This document shows positions 59,936 to 64,000 of a stretch of 64,000 nucleotides of DNA, one piece after another. Within the stretch, counting starts at the first letter, position 1. Every line of letters starts with the position of its first letter. The notes below the pieces were generated by a model. The model made no database searches. It had not been told where the DNA came from and was given only the letters and a program-made list of their open reading frames with translations. Made by a program: the position numbers and the translations under genes. Source of the stretch: Spirochaetia bacterium (GTDB lineage: Bacteria > Spirochaetota > Spirochaetia > SZUA-6 > Bin103); NCBI GenBank assembly GCA_965199955.1, contig CBDATQ010000001.1, positions 672,001-736,000 on the forward strand, given 5' to 3'.

Positions 59936-60889
59936 ATGGCAGACGTGAAGGCATGGGCCGAGCGGTTGCGCGGCTCGGTGGAGCAGGCGTTCTTCGGCAA
60001 GGCCGACTCGGTCGAACGGGTGCTGGTGGCCTTGCTGTGCCGCGGCCACGTGCTGATCGAGGACGTGCCCGGCACCGGCAAGACCGTGCTCGGGCGCGCG
60101 GTGGCCAAGAGCATCGGCGGCGAGTTCCGCCAGCTCCAATGCACCCCGGACCTGCTGCCCGCCGACGTGCTGGGCGTGTCGGTCTTCAACCCGCAGACCG
60201 GGGAGTTCGACTTCCGCGAGGGTCCGATCATGACCAACATGCTGCTGGTCGACGAGATCAACCGCGCCACGCCGCGCACGCAGTCGGCGCTGCTGGAGGC
60301 GATGGCCGAAGGCCAGGTCTCGGTCGAAGGCCGCAGCCAGCCGCTGCCCAATCCGTTCGTGCTGATCGCCACCGAGAGCCCGGTGGAGTCGGAGGACACC
60401 TTCCCGCTGCCGGAGGTGCAGAAGGACCGGTTCTTTCTGTCGATCAAGATCGGCTACCCGTCGCGCGAGGCGGAGAAGTCCGTGATCGCCATGCAGCGCG
60501 TCATCGAGCCACCGCTGGACCGCATCGTGCCGGTGACCGGCATCGATACCCTGCTTGAGATGCAGGAGGCGGTGATGGAGGTGCACGTCGAGCCGTCCAT
60601 CCGGCGCTATATCCTGGCGATCATCAACAGCACGCGGGAGGACAACCGCCTGATGATCGGCGTGTCGCCGCGCGGTTCGCTGGCCATGTTCAAGGGCAGC
60701 CAGGCGCTGGCCGCCGTGCGCGGCCGGGACTTCGTCACGCCGGAGGATGTCCGCGACCTCGCGCCCTCCGTGCTGCGCAAGCGGCTGCTGCTCAAGTCCG
60801 AGCACACCGCCAAGGGCATGACCGAGGATGCGGCGGTCGACGATCTGCTCGAGTCCGTGGACGTTCCGCCGCTCGCCGAGGCCGTGTAA
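59936..60889 (+). CDS. MoxR family AAA+ ATPase (copy 2)
   Basis: IEDVPGTGKT, DEINRATPRTQSALLEAM, ATESP, GVSPR; RBS GAGGAG. Confidence 0.94.
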   Translation: MADVKAWAERLRGSVEQAFFGKADSVERVLVALLCRGHVLIEDVPGTGKTVLGRAVAKSIGGEFRQLQCTPDLLPADVLGVSVFNPQTGEFDFREGPIMTNMLLVDEINRATPRTQSALLEAMAEGQVSVEGRSQPLPNPFVLIATESPVESEDTFPLPEVQKDRFFLSIKIGYPSREAEKSVIAMQRVIEPPLDRIVPVTGIDTLLEMQEAVMEVHVEPSIRRYILAIINSTREDNRLMIGVSPRGSLAMFKGSQALAAVRGRDFVTPEDVRDLAPSVLRKRLLLKSEHTAKGMTEDAAVDDLLESVDVPPLAEAV

Positions 60890-60920
60890 GGCTCGCGGCG
60901 GCGGGGAGGAACGCACCCCC

Positions 60921-62081
60921 ATGCCTGCCAGGACCGATTCGGCCAGGATTGGCCCGACGAAGACTGGCGCCGCGCCGGTCGCCGCGCCCGGCTGGACCGC
61001 TCAGGAACCGCCCTTTCGCATCGTCGACTGCGACGTCCACCACAGCTTCGAGTCTCCCGAGCAGCTCCTGCCCTACCTGTCGAAGGCCGACCGCGAGCAT
61101 CTGATCGACCAGGGGATGCACATCGGCGGCACCCCCTACCCGAATGTCCCGTTTCGCACCACGCGGCCCGACCTCAAGGAGCCCGAGCTCAAGCGCCGCG
61201 ACTTCAACTTCACCCTGGAGTTCACGCAGCGGGAACTGCTGGACCGCTGGAACATCGACGTCGCGCTTCTGACCGGATCGCCGTCCGACATCTACGGTGC
61301 GTGCGGCGTACCCGACCCGGACTGGGGGGCGGCGCTGTGCCGGGCGTTCAACGACTACACCATCGAGCACTGGCTGGAAAAGGACGACCGCGTCGTGCAC
61401 GCGATCCTGGTGGCAGCGACCGATCCGGCGCAGGCGGTCGCCGAGATCAGGCGCCTGGCTCCCCGCAGGGACACGGTAGCCGTGCACGTTCCCCTGAACA
61501 CGGCGCGGCCGTTCGGGAACCGCTGCCACGATCCCATCTGGGAGGCGTGCGCCGAGCACGACCTGCCGGTCGTCGCCCACATCGGCGGTGGCGGTCCGGG
61601 CAACACGCCGACGCCGGTCGGCTACCCGACCTACTACGTGGAGACTCGCCTGGCACGCCAGTCGGTGGCCATGGCCCAGGCGGCCTCGCTGATCGTCGAG
61701 GGCGTGTTCGAGAAGTTCCCGGCCCTCACGTTCGGCATGATCGAGGTGCAGCAGATGTGGGCGGTCTCGCTCATGTGGCAGCTCGACTTCGACTGGAAGG
61801 CGATCGGCGACCAGACGCCGTGGTTGCAGCGGCTGCCCAGCGAGTACTTCCGCGAGCACATCCGCGTGGGCACGCAGCCCATGCACGAGCCGGGAACTCC
61901 TGAGCACCTGCTGCCGTCCCTGGAGATGCTGCACGCCGAGGAGACGCTCATCTTCTGCAGCGACTTCCCCCACTTCGACCAGAACGACCCGGTCACGGCG
62001 CTGCCGGGCATATCCGACCACCTGCGACGCCGCATCTTCTCGGACAACGCCTTGGAGATGCTGCGCCTGCCCGGCTCGTGA
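60921..62081 (+). CDS. Amidohydrolase_2-fold protein, possible dimetal oxygenase
   Basis: VDCDVHH, AFNDY..EHWL, VAH, GVFEKFP.L....IE, RLPSEYFREH, SDFPHFD. Confidence 0.85.
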   Translation: MPARTDSARIGPTKTGAAPVAAPGWTAQEPPFRIVDCDVHHSFESPEQLLPYLSKADREHLIDQGMHIGGTPYPNVPFRTTRPDLKEPELKRRDFNFTLEFTQRELLDRWNIDVALLTGSPSDIYGACGVPDPDWGAALCRAFNDYTIEHWLEKDDRVVHAILVAATDPAQAVAEIRRLAPRRDTVAVHVPLNTARPFGNRCHDPIWEACAEHDLPVVAHIGGGGPGNTPTPVGYPTYYVETRLARQSVAMAQAASLIVEGVFEKFPALTFGMIEVQQMWAVSLMWQLDFDWKAIGDQTPWLQRLPSEYFREHIRVGTQPMHEPGTPEHLLPSLEMLHAEETLIFCSDFPHFDQNDPVTALPGISDHLRRRIFSDNALEMLRLPGS

Positions 62082-62485
62082 GCGACCGCCGCGGGCGGGC
62101 GATGCGCCGCGTGGTCGTCGGCACGGTCGCGGAGATACCGGCGGGCGGGCGCAAGATCGTCGTGCCGTTCCGCGGGCGCGCCGGCATCGGTGTTTTCAAC
62201 GTGGGCGGCCGCTTCCACGCGCTGCGCAACATCTGTCCGCACAAGCTCGGACCGCTCTGCACCGGGCGCGTGAGCGGCCAGCCGGTCGCCGACCGGCCGC
62301 CGTCGAGCGCCGGCGCCACGCTCACGATCGACCGCGACGGCGAGATCCTCCGCTGCCCTTGGCACAACTGGGCGTTCGACATCACCGACGGCCGCTGCCT
62401 GACCGACGCCGCGGTGCGGGTGAAGACCTATCCCGTGGCGGTCGACGGCGACGACGTCGTGGTCGAGTACGCCGAGGACTCCTGA
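62078..62485 (+). CDS. Rieske [2Fe-2S] ferredoxin
   Basis: NICPHKLGPL ... RCPWHNWAFDITDG; GTG start overlaps the upstream stop (alternative ATG 62102). Confidence 0.92.
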   Translation: MSDRRGRAMRRVVVGTVAEIPAGGRKIVVPFRGRAGIGVFNVGGRFHALRNICPHKLGPLCTGRVSGQPVADRPPSSAGATLTIDRDGEILRCPWHNWAFDITDGRCLTDAAVRVKTYPVAVDGDDVVVEYAEDS

Positions 62486-62494
62486 TCCGCCACC

Positions 62495-64000
62495 ATGCGC
62501 GCCATTCCCTTCAACGTCGCCGAGGCGGTGTTCGAGCCGTTCTGGGACCCGCAGCTCAGCCGACTGTCCGAGTGGCAGGTCGCGGACGGCAGCCGGCACG
62601 GTCTGGAGGTCCGCCAGTTCTGGTGCTGGGTGGAGTTCTCCTGGACCAGATCGCCGCGCTCGGGCCCGGCCCTGTCGATGCAGCGTTCGCTGGACCTGGA
62701 CTGCCGCGGTTATGACCGGCTGCTGTTCTCGCTGGTGGCTCCAGAGGGCGGCGAGGTGGCAATCGCGGTCGACACCGATGCGGGCGAGCGGCGTTGCCGG
62801 GAGCGGGCGCCGGCGCTCAAGCGGGAGTACGGCGTCGAGCTGGACGGAGCGGTCCACATCCGGGCTGTCCGGTTGGAGGTCACGGCTCCGCCGGACGGCG
62901 GCGCGGGCGCGGGATGGCTCAACTGGGTCGGGCTCCAGAACCGGGATCTGCTTGCGCGCCACCTCGCTTCTCACCGCGACCGCACGGAGGCCATGGAGCA
63001 CCTGCTGCGGCCCAGCTCCGTGCGGCCGCGCATGCAGCCGTCGCTGGAGGTGGTGATCACCGCGGACGAGCTGGCGGCGGCGCGCAGGGTCCACGCTGCC
63101 ATGGTCGCCCGCGGCGAGCGCTCGCCGTTCGCGGAGGCAGCGGCGCGGGCACTCGCCACCGATCCGGCGGACCTGGTCAACGACGTGATCTTGACGGCGC
63201 CGGACACCCGATACGGGCGCGAGCGCGAGCACGGCGTGGCGTGCATCGGGCAGGCCGTCGCGGCGCTGCAGGCGGCGGTGGTCCTGGAGGACGCGGAGCT
63301 GCTTCGCCGCGGTACCGAGTTCGCGCTGGCGGCGGCGCTGACGCCGGTGTGGGACTGGGGCTTCATCTCGCGCTTTCCCGGCAGCGCGTTCGAGAGCCGC
63401 GCCTTCCTGCAGGGGTTGACCAGCTCGGACCTGGTCCACGCGCTCGATCTGGCCGACGACGTCCTGACCGAAGCGGGACGGGCGCTGCTGCGGCGGCGCC
63501 TGGCGGAGGACGGCATCGGCGCCGTCAACTTCTCAGCGTGGCGGCACGAGTACATCCATCACTGCAACCAGTTGGCACTGTTCTCCACCGGCCGGCTGGC
63601 CGCCTACGGGGCGCTGCGGCGGGACTGGCCCCGCGTCGCGCCGTATCAGGAGCTGGCATACCGCGAGCTGTCAGTGAGCCTGGAGGACATCATTCTCTCC
63701 GACGGCGGCTTCGTGGAGGGGCCGAACTACTTCGCCGGCACCATGGCGCGGGCCCTCACCGCGCTGGCCCACCACAGCCGGTCGCTCGGCGAGCCTCCGC
63801 ACGCCCACCTGCCGCCCGCGCTGGCACGCAGCGACGCGCTGGCGGCCGCACTGGTCTCCACGGACCAGGACACGGACGTGATCCCGATCTGCGACGCCCG
63901 CGCCGTGCTGGAGAGCGAGTGGCTGGCACTGCTGGCCGCCGCCCGGCCGAAGAGCGGGTGGGTGACCGCCTACCGAAGCGCCGAACGGCGCCCCGGGTTC
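62495..64000 (+). CDS. Heparinase II/III-like protein (3' end runs off the window)
   Basis: Reading frame from ATG 62495 (MRAIPFNVAEAVFEPFWDP...) with HCNQ and DGGFVEGPNY, typical of alpha/alpha-toroid lyase-like proteins. Absent from the ORF track because it is truncated. Confidence 0.6.
   Translation, partial: MRAIPFNVAEAVFEPFWDPQLSRLSEWQVADGSRHGLEVRQFWCWVEFSWTRSPRSGPALSMQRSLDLDCRGYDRLLFSLVAPEGGEVAIAVDTDAGERRCRERAPALKREYGVELDGAVHIRAVRLEVTAPPDGGAGAGWLNWVGLQNRDLLARHLASHRDRTEAMEHLLRPSSVRPRMQPSLEVVITADELAAARRVHAAMVARGERSPFAEAAARALATDPADLVNDVILTAPDTRYGREREHGVACIGQAVAALQAAVVLEDAELLRRGTEFALAAALTPVWDWGFISRFPGSAFESRAFLQGLTSSDLVHALDLADDVLTEAGRALLRRRLAEDGIGAVNFSAWRHEYIHHCNQLALFSTGRLAAYGALRRDWPRVAPYQELAYRELSVSLEDIILSDGGFVEGPNYFAGTMARALTALAHHSRSLGEPPHAHLPPALARSDALAAALVSTDQDTDVIPICDARAVLESEWLALLAAARPKSGWVTAYRSAERRPGF

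Overview
A GC-rich, gene-dense chromosomal window, mostly core metabolism. It probably comes from a high-GC, marine-type Spirochaetota. This is an inference from the short AlaRS, the AroD-AroE fusion, a spirochaete-style LysM lipoprotein, a FliG-like orphan and Na+-NQR. Contents: partial clpB; nqrABCDEF plus a polyprenyl synthase; ndk; a nitrogen-assimilation island (glnA, atypical glnE, amtB-PII, GAF sigma54 activator); ABC components; a LysM lipoprotein with 108-bp tandem repeats; aroDE, coaE, hisZGB, alaS, asnS, hisC, argRCBDG and pyrE; tRNA-Phe and tRNA-Pro; a lipid-related cluster; an HNH endonuclease relic; a twin-MoxR cluster; and an amidohydrolase-Rieske pair. The best candidate for an undescribed system is the nitrogen island, which looks rewired to work without GlnD/NtrBC. 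Its GlnE carries GlnD-like tandem ACT domains and its two nucleotidyltransferase halves appear swapped. Its PII has Thr in place of Tyr51. An AnfA/VnfA-like activator sits beside phased CTAC-N6-GTAG sites found upstream of both sigma54 promoters. Other points of note: a CTAG-flanked MITE between hisB and alaS, many apparently leaderless promoters, and a probable TIM-barrel dimetal oxygenase. All calls come from reading motifs by eye; no database search was run.
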